A stretch of 64,000 nucleotides of DNA. It comes from the human T2T-CHM13v2.0 reference genome, Homo sapiens. The stretch lies in the NCBI RefSeq assembly GCF_009914755.1, contig NC_060926.1. One strand, written 5' to 3'. Under the pieces are notes generated by a model. That model did no database searches and was not told the origin of the DNA. It was given only the letters and a program-made list of their open reading frames with translations. Numbering within the stretch: the first letter of the stretch is position 1; each line of letters opens with the position of its first letter. The position numbers and the translations under genes are program-made. Shown piece by piece: positions 31,301 through 46,900 of the stretch.

Positions 31301-34016
31301 TATGACAAAAATAATACATTTTAAAAAATGTACACATGTATCAAACATATTATTATAAAAATAAAAATCTTCAGTGTAAGAATTTGTAATGATCACAAAA
31401 TGTTCACAGCTTATATTTAAGTACAGTTTCAAATGCCTAGTGCAATTACTATTTATTTCTTTGTGTATTTTAACCATGTATATAATAAATATTTTTCAGG
31501 TTCAACAATATATATCAATCCTACAGGCTCTTATAAATATTAGCTAAAATCAATTGGTAAATTCATGTATATATATGCTTACCTGTATCAGTGAGCGTGT
31601 GTGCATGTATGTTTGTGTAAATGTAATTTTATGGGTGTGTAAATGTAATTGGATGCATCCTTATATTTACCCTTACCTTCAAGATTTCCAAGATTCATTT
31701 ATTATCTTTAGATGATGGGCATTTAAAGATTTACCAAATACAACTGTAATAGTGGAAAATATCAAGATGTTATTAAATTCATCTTGTGCACATAATTGTT
31801 TCTATAATTTTATGTTTCTTGCAAAACTTGCAGTAATGCTCATGCACAAAATAATTTTCTAAATAAAAAAACGTTTTCTCAGTCATTAATTCTTAATTCT
31901 TAATGATAGAATAATGTTGCCCTTCAGAGTTCGGAAACTTTTACATGTTGTACACATTTCACAAACCAGAACAACTTCTGAAATATTGGCATTAGTTAAT
32001 GTCACTCAGCAATTATTGATTTCAAAGGCATTAAATACCATTCCTATTCTGAATCACAAGGGTACTTTGGCATCTTATTTAATCAAGCTCTTTGTATCAT
32101 CATCTACAATTTAATTACTTAACAAACATTTCTTTGTGTGAGAAAGATTGAGCAGGTTATTGTGCTTTTTTAAGATGCAACTTTTGCTTAATCTAGAGAT
32201 AGGCAATGCTCCCTATAAGGGACAAGGAGAAAAATAAATGAGCAATAGAGATGTGACAGGCATGGAAAAAGACACTACATTTATCAAACAAATAGGGCCA
32301 CGGATGACGATAATGGGGATCAAATCTTGAGATACTGACTCAGTTTATAACCTCACTGTATAATAGAGCAAATCATTTGTTAATTTTTTTACAAATGGAA
32401 TTTAATTTAATTAAGATGAATACAGTGTTTTAAACAAGGCAGGTCATCTTAAAATAAAATAGTGGAATAAAGTGATAAAACCAATGTAAAAATCGTAAAC
32501 ATTTTATAAAGAATTTTTGTCATGTAATTTAATATTTTTGTTCATTTAAAATCACCCAAATCAAAATAATTTTATCTTAATTAACAAATAATCATCAGAA
32601 GTTTAACTAATTTTTACTTTATAATACTAGGTTTAAAAATTCTGAACTATAGTTTTAATCACATATGCTTATATATAAAATAGACAGGATATATATTTAC
32701 ATGTTCACAATATTATATTGTAATTGCTCCTATGGATGTGGTTTTTCAATAGAATTAATAAGTACTTTTAAAAAGTTTCAATTTCAATGATGTATATGAT
32801 TGATTTTTCTTAGAAAAAGCATTCATATATTGATAGGTAATAATATGAAAATCTTCTAAAGGCATTACAGGAACACGAAAATGTAATTAAATACTCACTA
32901 ATTTGTAATGTTTTATGTAAGCGGAACACATTTAACTGAAAATTGCTTTTATATAATACTCAAACGCGACTAAAAACTTTTTAACCAGCGGAGTAAGTCT
33001 TCAAATTGATAATCTGGACTATATTGGAGGAGAAATTTCAGGCACTCAAATATTTGAAATGCTACAAAATATTTATATAAACTATTATTTAACAATTTCT
33101 GTTTGTAGAGTGCTATACAGTAATCAATATAAATGACATCTCAAGTCTTTCTATAGCTTTGACCACATTTACCTCCTAATTTTAATTATTAATATGTTGG
33201 AGCAGTGCATACAACTAGATTCTGATCTTCCTTTTTAATGAGTAAAAATATGTGCTTTGAGACAGCATTAAAGAAAGAGCACCTTGTAAAAATTCAATGC
33301 CAAGAGACAAGATATTCTTGATTCTGAAGTCTTGTTCTTTTATACAGCAATGTAATTAATAAGAAGAAAAGGAGGACATAGATGTGGAGCCTATTTTAAT
33401 AAAAAATTGTCTGTAGATTTTCATGATAACATTTAAAAATCTACTATATTTAGTTAGTTACAAGAAACTAGGTTGTGGGAACATATTTGGTCAACAAAAC
33501 ACCCCTACCAAGGGCTGACAAGAAAAAAAGTTACGTATCACCTTCTTCTCTGCAGATGGCCTGAGATGGGTTAATTTGAAAGAATGCTTCCAAAGCTGAG
33601 GTGACCCCTGAGAACAGCATAATCCACTGCTGTCTCCCGCATTCAGTTTCTCAGTCTGTGCTCTTTTAATTTTGTGGGAAGGGAAGCCAGCCCTTTAAAC
33701 CAATCTTCAGCATGATGGCAGAACCAAGGAGTGTGGACAGGTGGCACGGTGTCTGACTTTGTTCCAGCAGCCACTTGTGCTTTCTCTGGATCTTCTCTGC
33801 CCTAGGGATAGCACCACTATTGAAAACATATCTTTGTGACATTCTCTATGCCAGGAACTCCCAACACATTTTCCTTGAAACTGATGAAATGAATAAAAAT
33901 AAACCAAGAGGTGTGCTGTTTGTTTCTGTTTCCTGCTTTCTGCAGCCCTTCTTGATCATCTAATATTTTCAAATACATTGTCAATCACCAAAAGGAGCAT
34001 AAGGGGTATATTGATA

Positions 34017-34420
34017 TGTAGCAGATGTATTAATAGCCCAGCCCCTATTCCTTACCTGTAGCTGCTGGGAAGAAAACCACTCTTAACACTCTACAAGGTC
34101 TCATCTCCAGAATTTGCAGCTGTTTCTAGCTGAGGACTTTCTCTAGCAGCATGGGAGCTTGATACTGGGCAAGTGGGAAGAAAAGGTGAGGGTAACTAAA
34201 AAGAATCTCCCTGGATTCAGTGATGTAATTCTGAGGCATGTTCCACATAGCTTCCCATAGAATTAAGCCCAGATATCTAACACAGGAACTTGCCTCTTAA
34301 CACGTGTGGTACTGGCTTTTCTATCTTTCCTGTTTTATTTTGTTCTCTCTTCCTTGTCTCACTTTCGCTGTGTCCTCACTCCTGTTTTAAGAATACCCAA
34401 ACAAAAACACTCAATTTTTT
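34017..34420 (+). mobile_element. ERVL LTR16-like relic
   Basis: 'tgtagcagatg...tagctgaggactttctct...taattctgaggcatgttccaca...aattaagcccag'. Confidence 0.5.
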
Positions 34421-36599
34421 AAGAGTCTCAGAATACAGTTGATAGTGTAACTTGTAATCTATGATAATCAGCTTGGATGCTGTACTGACAGGAAGATGGT
34501 GAACTCACAATGTGTAATTAAGATAAAATTAAAAAGTATATTGATTCATGTCAAAAGATTTAAAAAACCTAAGTGGCAGTGTCACAATTTCTTCTTTTTA
34601 GTTTACATGGTTTCTTAAACGCCTACAATTATTTTAAAGGAAGCCTTGAATCTAGGAAAAATTGAGACATATGGAATAAATTACTAACCCATTTCTCCTT
34701 GAAATCCATTAGATGCTTGATGATTTCTCACATATATTTCTGAATTGAAAAGCTAGCTGTGAATTATTTTTATATGCATATCCTTAGGTAATATTTTGTT
34801 TTTAACAGTGAATTGAAGGTTTAAAGATTAAATTATTCTATCCAGAGAATAAAAAGCAATTATTTCACAAGGAGAACATGTGTACGTTGACACGACATTT
34901 TAAAGTCTAGAATTTAAAAAAGGACCCATATACTTTTGTGTCAAATAGAATATGTTTGTATCAGTCTGTCTACAGTTTTACACCTGTCAAAATGTACTTG
35001 AACTACAACAACAACCTTGAACAATTTTGAAATTGATGATTCCTCTGAAACTGATTAAAAGAATTATGGTAGAGTGAAATTCTGATTGACATAATTTGGG
35101 AGAGAAATTATTCCTTGGACATCAACCTCTGCCAAGATAGTTTATAATGACATTGAGGCTTTTTGATTTACACAATTTGTTATATAAAAAATACTAAGAC
35201 GATGGCAGATAATACACAGACTTTAATTAAAATTGTACTACAATTAAATGTCTAAATAAATTAGAAGGGTACATGGTACATCTAATTGTATGTTTATATA
35301 TTTTATTTGTGCATTTTTTTCCTAGGGTTTCTTTTGCTTTAGTTTGTAAAACGTTCTTATGTTTATAATAATGTAGCATATACTAAATAAAGAAAAATCA
35401 GGAAATAGAAAATGAAGAAGAAAACATTAGCTATTGTCAACCAAACAAAAATTGTGCAATCTCTAAGCACATGAACTATGTAATATTTGTACAGCATAGT
35501 ACAATGTTTATGCTTCACAGGGTGAGGTAGAGACTGCAAAACCTTGAACTTGGGACAAACAAGAAAGTAAGGAAATTTTCACAACATATTAATATTATAG
35601 AAAATGTTGAACTTAACAGTTAAGATACAAGTAGTGAAAAATGATAGTATTTAAGGAGATCTAGAAAATTTAATCTATACCTGTAATGTGTGAGAAGTAT
35701 TAGAATAATGTTTGTATTTCTGGATTGTCATCGATTTCTATTGAGACTGGAAACATAATAGAAATGAGCAAAAAAGAATTTAAATTGTGGATACTTGAGT
35801 TTTATACCTAGGAGTTCCAGAAATACATTTTGTTACTATCAAAGCAGTTGGCACAAGAGGGTACAAAATTCCCTAATTGTGTCTATGTGGAGAAGACATA
35901 GACAGAGAATAGCAAAACAGAAATAGCAAAAAAAGCACAAATAAATTTTACCTGTATTTTGAAGTAAAAGCCAATTACAGAGGGAAAACATGAAATTTGT
36001 GTTTTATCAAAATTTTTCTCTTTCTCATAATATAGTTGAATATATTACTGGAAAAAATTTGAAGCACTGGTATGTTCACACATAAAAGTAAAATATAAGG
36101 TCAAAACCATGGGAATGCAGGGAGCAGACAAAATATAACTAAACACGGAAACTGATTTTTCCCTACGGACATGTAGCAAAATGAATGAGTGCAGATTCCT
36201 ATTGTCATACATTACATAGGACAGTAAAAAAATACATTGATTTTCCCAAGATAGGGCATCACACAGGAGCTCCTCCCTAAAGCTAAGACCAACATTTCTA
36301 TCCTCAGTATAAGGAAGAATCAGAGGTAAATTAGTCCCATTTCACATTCCCTGGAAATGGCAAATAAAAATGATTTGAGATTGGACGGATTTAAAGAAAC
36401 TCAATCATTAATGATTTACAGCAACTAATTTAAAAATTGTTTAAATGTGAAGTCCAAACATATGTCCGAACACCTTTAGGCCAAGAATTAACATAATGTG
36501 GTCCCAGAATGGTTGTGCCTTTAGTAGAATTACAAAAAAATTCAACTTCTCTTTGGCAAATTTTCTACTTACTAATCTGCAAAAGTGTACAAAAATAAT

Positions 36600-37660
36600 T
36601 TTCAGAGAAAAATAAATATTTGTCATTCAAAGGCATCTAAGCATGCAAGGAAATGATATTCCACCATTTGAAAGGAAAGCAGAAAAAGACTACAAACAGA
36701 TCCACAAAGGTTCATTAGTAGAAATATCACTGTTAGATTACAAAGCACATTTGCTTTCAAAAAATTTTTTAAAAAATGAATATATTGTTAGGAGACTAAA
36801 AAATTCATGTAGCAAATTTGAAAAGAAGTTTGTATAAAAATGTAGTTATTTTAAATTAAAAACTCAAAAATGAACTCATCAGATTAGACATGGCCAAGGT
36901 GAGAGTTCATAAATATTTCAGAATGCATTACAGAAAATTTTGAAAAATGTAAAATGTGGACAGAATGATGAAGAGACATGGAAGATACAGTGAGAAAGTG
37001 TAGCATGTGTTTAGAGAGCGTTCTCATAGAAGAAGGGAACTGGGAAGGGACAATATGTGTTGGTATTTTGTCTGAAAGTTCCCTAGACTTTTGTAAGACA
37101 CTGATCTGCATATTCAAAAACTCCATGCATGCCAAGCAAGCTACAATGGAGATACACCTACATCTATGCATCTCCTAGAGAAATAGTAAACACCCATGAA
37201 GGGAAAAATATTTCAATTAGCACTAGAAAAATGAAATTACTTTTAATCATATTGAAATCTGAAAAAATGAAAGGTAAAATAAACAATATTATTTGTTAAG
37301 AATAATAATGCCATTCTGAATTTCTAAACGAAGAAAAATATTCATCAACCTGTGGCTAAATAACATATTTAGAGACAAAAAACAAAACGCCACCAGCAGA
37401 ATTCCACTAAAGAAACTAAAGAGAAACTCTGAAAATATGCTTCAGAAAGGTTGAAGTTCTGAAATCAAAGAATGAACACAGAGTAAAATATATTGTAAAC
37501 AAACAGATAGAACAAATAAGAAACTGGATGTTGAAACAAAAATGTATTTAAAATTAGATAAGCACTGCAATATGTATGATAAAACGAAAATTACTAGGGC
37601 TGAAGTACTCAAAGAAATCTTAATTGTCTGACAAGTGCAGAAAAGTGAGTATGACTTTGA
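36600..37660 (+). mobile_element. Ancient L1M ORF1-region relic cut off by the satellite
   Basis: A-rich sense L1 phrases 'agattagacatggccaagg...aagagacatggaagatacagtgagaa'. Confidence 0.45.
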
Positions 37661-37677
37661 AACACCTTTTCTTCTTC

Positions 37678-37925
37678 GAATGGAAAGGAATGGAATGGAA
37701 TAGAATGGAATGGAATGGAATGGAATCAAATGGAATTGAATGGAGAGGAATGGAATGGAATGGGAGATGAGATTGTGCCATTGTGTTACACAATGGGTGA
37801 AAGAATGAGACACTCTCGAAAGAAAGCAATGGAATGGAAAGCAATGGAGTGGAGTGGAGAGGAGAGGAGTGGAATGGAGTGGAATGGAATCAGATGTAAT
37901 GGAATGTAGTGGAATGGAATGGAAT
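37678..37925 (+). repeat. Simple (GAATG)n/(GAGTG)n HSat3-like edge block
   Basis: Read directly; lacks the CATC/ATC inserts seen downstream. Confidence 0.9.
37764..37826 (+). mobile_element. Degraded Alu 3'-end fragment embedded in (GAATG)n
   Basis: 'gagatgagattgtgccattgtgttacacaatgggtgaaagaatgagacactctcgaaagaaag' aligns by eye to the Alu right-arm end. Confidence 0.65.
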
Positions 37926-40900
37926 GGAATCATCATCGAATGGAATAGAATGGAAATATCATCGAATGGAATCAAATGGAAACACCATCGAATGGAAACG
38001 AATGGAGTCATCATTGAATGGAATCAAAAGGCATCATCATCCAAAGGACTTGAATGGAATAATCATCGAATGGAATCGGATGGAATAATCATTGAATGGA
38101 ATCGAATGGAATCATCAGCAAATGGAATCGAATGGAATCATCATCAAATGGAATCGAATGAAATAATCATTGAAGGGAATCGAATGGAATCATCAACAAA
38201 AGTAATCGAATGGAATAATCGAATGGAATCTAAAGGAACCATCATCAAATGGAACTGAAAGGAATCATCATTAAATGGAACCGAACACAGTAATCAGCAA
38301 ATGGAATCGAATGGACTCATGATCAAATGGAATCAAATGGAATCATCTTCAAATGGAATCAAATGGAATCATCATCGTATGGAATCAAATTGAATCAATG
38401 AATTGAATCGAATGGAAAGATCACCGAAAGGAATTGAAGGGAATCATCGAATGGGATCAAACGGAATCATCGAAGGGAAAGGAATGGAATCATCGAATGG
38501 ATTCGGATGGAATCATCAGCGAATGGAATTGAATGGAATCATGGAATAGACTCGAATGGAATCATCATTAAATGGAATCCAAAGGAATCATCGAATGGAC
38601 ATGAATAGAATCATCATTGAATGGAATCCAATGGAATCATCATCGAGTGGAATCTAATGGAAACATTGAATGGACTCGAATGGAATAATCGAATGGGCTT
38701 GAGTGGAATCATCATCAAATGGAATCGAATGGAATCATCAAATGGACTCGAATGGAATCATCATCAAATGGAATCGAATGGAATCATCATCAAATGGAAT
38801 CGAATGGAATCATCATCGAATGGAATCGAATGGAATCATCATCGAATGGAATCACCAAATTGAATCGAATGGAATGATCATCAAAGACAATCGAAGGGAA
38901 ACATCGAATGGGATTGAAAGGAGTCATCGAATGGAATCGATAGGAATCATCGAATGGATTCAAATGGAATCATCATCGAATGGAAACGAACAGAATCATC
39001 GAATGGACACGAATGGAATCATCATCAAATAGGATTGAATGGAATCATCGAATGGCATCGAATGGAATCATCATCGAATAAAATCAAATGGAATAATCGA
39101 ACGTACTCGAATGGAATCATCAAATGGATTTGAGAGGAATCATCATCGAATGGAATTGAATAGAATCATCAAATGGACTCGAATGGAATCCTCATTGAAT
39201 GGAATCGAATGGAATCATTGAATGGAGTCAAATGGAATCATCAGCAAATGGAATCGAATGGAATCATTGAATAGCAACGAATGGAATCATCGTCGAATGG
39301 AGTCGAATGGAATCATCCAATGAACTCGAATGCAATCATCATAGAATGGAATCGAATGGAATCTTTGAATGGACCTGAATGGAATCATCATCAAATGCAA
39401 ACGAATGGAATCATCATCAAATGGAATCACATGGAATCATCAAATGGAAAAGAATTGAATAATCATAGAAAGGAATTGAATAGAATCATCGAATGAAACC
39501 GAATGGAATCATCATCGAATGGAATCGAATGGAATCATGTAATGGACACGAATAGAATCATCATCGAATGGAATCGAATGGAATCATCTAAAGTACACGA
39601 ATGGAATCATCATCAAATGGAATAGAATGGAATCATCAAATGAAATAGAATGGCATCATCGTCATATGGAATCGAGTGCAATCATCGAATGGATTCAAAT
39701 GTAATCATCGGGGAATGGAATCGAATGGAATCATCGAATGGACTTGAATGGAATCACTGTCTAATGGAACCGAATGGAATCATCATGGAATGGAACTGGA
39801 AGGAGTCATCATCAAATGGAATCCAATGAAATCACTGAATGTACTCGAATGGAATCATCATCAACTGCAATTGAATGGAATCATCGAACGGACTCCAATG
39901 GAATCATCGGAGAATGGAATCAAATGGAATTGTCAAACGGACTCGAATGGAATAAACTTTGAATGGAATCGAAAGGAATCATCAAATGGAATCGAATGCA
40001 ATCATCGAACGGAATCCAATGGAATCACCATTGAATGGACTCGAATGGAATCATCATTGAATGGAATCGAATGGAATCATCGAATGGACTCGAATGGAAT
40101 CATCATCGATTGGAATCAAATGGAATCATCGAATGGAATCGAAAGGAATCAGCATCAACTGTAATGAACTGCAATCACTGAATGGAATCAAATGGAATCG
40201 TCATCAAAAATAATCGAATAGAATAATCAAATGGAATCAAATGCAATCAACATCAAATGGAATCGAATGGAATCCTAGAATGACATCGAATGGAATCATC
40301 ATCGAATGGAATCAAAGGGAATCAATATCGAATGGAATCGAAAGCAATCACTGAATGGACTTGAATACAATCATCAAATGGATTTGAAGGGAATCCTCAT
40401 TGAATGGAATAGAACAAAAACATTGAATGGACACGAATGGAATCATCATCGAATGGAATCAAATGGAGTCATCAAATGGACTCGAATGGAATCATCATCA
40501 AATAGGATCATCATCAAATGGAATCGAATGGAGTCATCGAATGGACACGAATGAATGAACAAATGGACTCGAATGGAAACATCAAATAGAATCGAATGGA
40601 ATCATCGAAAGGAATTGAATGGAATGATTGAATGGACTCGAATGGAATCATCTAATGGACACGAATGGAATAATCATAAAATGGAATCGAATGTAATCAT
40701 CAAATGGACTCGAATGAATGGAATCATTGAATGGACTCGAATGGAATCATCGAATGGACTCAAATGGAATCATCATCAAATGGAATCGAATGGAATCATC
40801 AAAGGCAATCGAATGGCGTCGTCATCAAATGAAATCAAATGAAACCATCGAATGGACTCGAATGGAATCATCAATGATTGTAATCAAACGGAATCATCCA

Positions 40901-43900
40901 ATGGAGTAAAATGTAATCATAATGGAATGGAATTGAAAGGAAGCATCAAATGGATTTGAAAGGAATCAATGAATGGACTCGAATGAAATCATCATCAAAT
41001 GGCATCCAATGGAGTCATTGAATTAACTCGAAAGGAATAATCATCGAATGGAGTCGAATGGAATCATTGAATGATATCAAATGGAATCATCAAAGAATGG
41101 AATCGAATGGAATCATTAAATGCATTCGAATGGAATCATCATCGAATGAAATCATATGGAATCATCGAATGCAACTGAATGGAATCATTGAATGGACTTG
41201 AAAGGAATTATTATCGAATGGAATTGAATGGAATCATTGAATGGACTTGAAAGGAATCATCATCAAGTGGAATCGAATGGAATCATTGAATGGACTGGAA
41301 TTGAATCTTTGAATGGAATCGAATGGAATCATCATTGAATGGATTCAAATGGAATCATCATCAAATGGAATTGAATGCAATCTTCATTGAATGGACTCGA
41401 ATGGAATCATCATCAAATGGAATCTAATCGAATCATCAATGAAGGGAATCGAATGAAATCATCATCGAATGGAATCGAATGGAATCATCAACAAGTGGAA
41501 ACGAATGAAATCATTGAATGGAATCGAATGGTGTCATCGAATGGACACGAAAGGAGTCATCGAATGGAATCAAATGGAAGCACCATCGAATGGAATCAAA
41601 TGGAATGACCATCGAATGGAATCAAATGGAATCACCATCGAATGGAATGTTATGAAATCATCTCATGGACTCGAAGGTAATCATCATCGAATGGAATCGA
41701 ATGTAATCATTCAATGAAATAGAATGGAATCACCATCGAATGGAATGTTATGGAATCATCTAATGGACTCGAAGGGAATCATCATCGAATGGAATCGAAT
41801 GGAATCATTGAATGCAATTGAATGGAATCATCATCAAATGGAATCGAATGGAATCATCGAATGGAATCTGAATGTAATCCTCAATGAATGGAATGAAATG
41901 GAAGCATCTAATGGACTCGAATGGAATCATCGTCAAATGGAATCGAATGGAATCATCATCAAATGGAATCGAATGGAATCCTCATCGAATGGAATCGAAC
42001 GGAATCATCATCGAATGGAATCACCAAATTGAATCGAATGGAATGATCATCAAAGACAATCGAAGGGAAACATCGAATGGGATTGCACGGAGTCATCAAA
42101 TGGAATCGATAGGAATCATCGAATGGATTCAAATGGAATCATCATCGAATGGAAACGAACGGAATCATCGAATGGACACGAATGGAATCATCATCAAATA
42201 GGATTGAATGGCATCATCGAATGGCATCGAATGGAATCACCATTGAATGTAATCGAATGGAACCATCGAATGGCATCGAATGGAATCATCATCGAATAAA
42301 ATCAAATGGAATAATCGAATGTACTCGAATGGAATCATCAAATGGATTTGAGAGGAATCATCATCGAATGGAATTGAACAGAATCATCAAATGGACTCGA
42401 ATGGAATCCTCATTGAATGGAATCGAATGGAATCATTGAACGGAGTCGAATGGAATAATCAGCAAATGGAATCGAATGGAATCATTGAATATCAACGAAA
42501 GGAATCATCATCGAATGGAGTCGAATGGAATCATCAAATGAACTCGAATGCAATCATCATAGAATGGAATCGAATGGCATCTTTGAATGGACCTGAATGG
42601 AATCATCATCGAATGCAAATGAATGGAATCATCATCAAATGGAATCACATGGAATCATCAAATGGAAAAGAATTGAATAATCATAGAAAGGAATTGAATA
42701 GAATCATCGAATGAAACCGAATGGAATCATCATCGAATGGAATCAAATGGAATCATCATCGAATGGAATCGAATGGAATCATCATCGAATGGAACCAAAT
42801 AGAATCATCAAATGGACTCGAAAGGAATCATCGAATGGACTCGAATGGAGTTGTCATCGAATGGAATCAAATGGAATCATCGAACGGAATTGAATCGAAT
42901 CATCATTGAATGAAATCAAATGGAATCATCGAATGGACTCGAATGGAAGCAATATCAAATGGAATCGAAAGGAATCATGGAATGCATTCAAAGGGAATAA
43001 TCAAATGGACTCAAATGGAATCAACATCAAGTGGAATCGAAAGGAATCATCGAATGGACCGGAATGGAATCATCATCGAATGGAATCGATTGGAATCATC
43101 GAATGGACTTGAATGGAATCACTATCTAATGGAACCGAATGGAATCATCATGGAATGGAACCTGAAGGAGTCATCATCAAATGGAATCCAATGAAATCAT
43201 TCAATGGACCCGAATGGAATCATCATCAACTGGAATTGAACGGAATCATCGAACGGAATCCAGTGGAATCATCGGAGAATGGAATCGCATGGAATTATCA
43301 AACGGACTCGAATGGAATAAACTTTGAATGGAATCGAAGGGAATCATCAAATGGAATCGAATGAAATCATCGAACGGAATCGAATGGCATCACCGAATGG
43401 AATCCAATGGAATCACCATTGAATGGACTCGAATGGAATCATCATTGAATGGAATCGAATGGAATCATCGAATGGACTCGAATGGAATCATCATCGATTG
43501 GAATCAAATGGAATCATCGAATGGAATCGAAAGGAATCATCATCAACTGTAATGAACTGGAATCACTGAATGGAATCGAATGGAATCATCATCAAAAATA
43601 ATCGAATAGAATAATCAAATGAATCAAATGCAATCAACATTAAATGGAATCGAATGGAATCCTAGAATGACATCGAATGGAATCCTCATCGAATGGAATC
43701 AAAGGGAATCAATATCGAATGGAATCGAAAGCAATCACTGAATGGACTTGAATACAATCATCAAATGGATTTGAAGGGAATCCTCGTTGAATGGAATAGA
43801 ACAAAAACATTGAATGGACACGAATGGAATCATCATCGAATGGAATCAAATGGAGTCATCAAATGGACTCGAATGGAATCATCATCCAATGGGATCATCA

Positions 43901-46900
43901 TCAAATGCAATCGAATGGAGTCATCGAATGGACACGAATGAATGAACAAATGGACTCGAATGGAAACATCAAATAGAATCGAATGGAATCATCAAAAGGA
44001 ATTGAATGGAATGATTGAATGGACTCGAATGGAATCATCTAATGGACACGAATGGAATAATCATAAAATAGAATCGAATGGAATCATCAAATGGACTCGA
44101 ATGAATGGAATCATTGAATGGACTCGAATGGAATCATCGAATGGACTCAAATGGAATCATCATCAAATAGAATCGAATGGAATCATCGAATGGACTCGAA
44201 TGGAATCATCAAATGGAATCAAACCGAATCATCATCGAATGGAATCGAATGGAACCATCGAATGGAATTGAAGGCAATCATCATCGAATGGAATCGAATG
44301 GAATCATCATCAAATGGAATCAAGCGGAATGAATCATCAAATGGAATCAAATGGAATCATTGTTGAATGGAATGGAATGGAATCATTGAATGGAATTGAA
44401 TGGGATCACCAATGAACGGAATCAAATGGAATCATCTTCTAATGGAATCGAAAGGAATCATCAAATACACTCGAATGGAATCATCATCGAATGGAATCGT
44501 GTGGAATCGTCGAATGAACTGGAAATGAATCATAATCAAATGCAATTAAAATGAATCATCATCGAAAGGAATCACATGGAATCATCATCGAATGGAATCA
44601 TATGGAAACATCACAGAATGGAATTGAATGGAATCATCAGTTGGACTCGAATGGAATCATCAAATGTACTCGAAGGGACGCGTCAAATGGACTCGAACGG
44701 AATCATCATCGAATGGAATCCAACAGGATCATCGAAAGGACTCGAATCAAATCTTCAAAAGGACTCAAAGGGAATCATTGTAGAATGGAAATGAATAGAG
44801 TCATCAGACAGCCTCGAATGGAAGCATCATTGAATGGAATTGATTGGAAACATCGAATTCACTCGAATGGAATCATCATCTGATGGAATTTAATGGAATC
44901 ATCGAATGGACACAAATGGAATGGACACAAATCATCATCAAATGGAATCCACTGGAACGATCGAATGGAATCGCATGGAATTATCAAATGGAATCGAATG
45001 GAATCATCTTTGAAAGGAATCAAATGGAATCATCGAATGGAATCGAATGCAATCATCATTGAATGGAATCGAATGGAATCATCGAATGGTATCCAAAGGA
45101 ATCACCATTGAATGCCCTCGCATGGAATCATCATCAAATAGAGTAGAAAGGAATCATTGAATGGACTCGAATGGAACCATCATTGAATGGAATCACCAAA
45201 TAGAATCAAATGGAATCATCATCAAATGGAATCAAATGGAACCATCAAATGGAATCGAATGGAATCATCATTGAATGGATTCGAATAGAATCTTTGAATG
45301 AAATTGAATGGAATCAGCATGAAATGGAATCTAAAGGAATCATAGAATGGTATCGAATGGAATCATCATCGAATGGAATGGAATGGAATGGAATGGAATG
45401 GAATCAGCATCGAATGGAATCAAAAGCAATCATTCAATGGACTCTAATACAATCATCGAATAGACTTGTGTGTAATCATCATCGAATGGAGAAGAATGGA
45501 ATCATCGAATGGACACGAATGGAATCGTCACCGAATGGAATCGATTGGAATCATATAATGGACCCGAATGGAATCATCATTGAATGGAATAGAATGGAAT
45601 CGTCATCGAATGGAATCGTATGGAATCATCGAATGGACCCGAATGCAATCATCATCGAATTGAATAGTATGCAATCATCATCAAATGGAATCGAATGGAA
45701 TCATCATCAAATAGAATCGAATGGAATCATCAAATGGAATCGAATGGAGTCATTGTCTAATGCAATCGAATGAAATCATAGAATGGAATCCCATGGAATC
45801 AACATCGAATGGAATCGATTGGAATCATTATCAAATAGAATTGAATGGAATCACTGAATGGAATCATCATCAAATGGACTCCAACGGAATCATCGCATTG
45901 ACGCTAATGGAATCATCACTGAATGGAATAGAATGGAATAATCAAATGGAAACGAATGGAATCATCATCGAATGGAATCGAATGGAATCATCAACGAATG
46001 GAATTCAAAGGAAACATCATCGAATGGAATCAAATAGAATCATCAAATGGACTCGAAAGGAATCATCGAATGGACTCGAATGGAGTTGTCATCGAACGGA
46101 GTCAAATGGAATCATCGAACGGAATTGAATCGAATCATCATTGAATGAAATCAAATGGAATCATCGAATGGATACGAATGGAAGCAATATCAAATGGAAT
46201 CGAAAGGAATCATGGAATGCATTCAAAGGGAATAATCAAATGGACTCAAATGGAATCAACATCAAGTGGAATCGAAAGGAATCATCGAATGGACCGGAAT
46301 GGAATCATCATCGAATGGAATCTAATGGATTCATCGAATGGACTTGAATGGAATCACTATCTAATGGAACCGAATGGAATCATCATGGAATGGAACTGGA
46401 AGGAGTCATCATCAAATGGAATCCAAAGAAATCATTGAATGGACTCGAATGGAATCATCATCAACTGGAATTGAATGGAATCATCGAACGGACTCCAGTG
46501 GAATCATCGGAGAATGGAATCGAATGGAATTATCAAACGGACTCGACTGGAATAAACTTTGAATGGAATCGAAGGGAATCATCAAATGGAATCGAATGCA
46601 ATCATCGAACGGAATCGAATGCCATCACCGAATGGAATCCAAAGGAATCACCATTGAATGGACTCGAATGGAATCATCATTGAATGGAATCGAATTGAAT
46701 CGTCGAATGGACTCGAATGGAATCATCATCGATTGGAATCAACTGGAATCATCGAATGGAATCGAAAGGAATCATCATCAACTGTAATGAACTGGAATCA
46801 CAGAATGGAATCGAATGGAATCGTCATCAAAAATAATCGAATAGAATAATCAAATGGAATCAAATGCAATCAACATCAAATGGAATCGAATGGAATCCTA

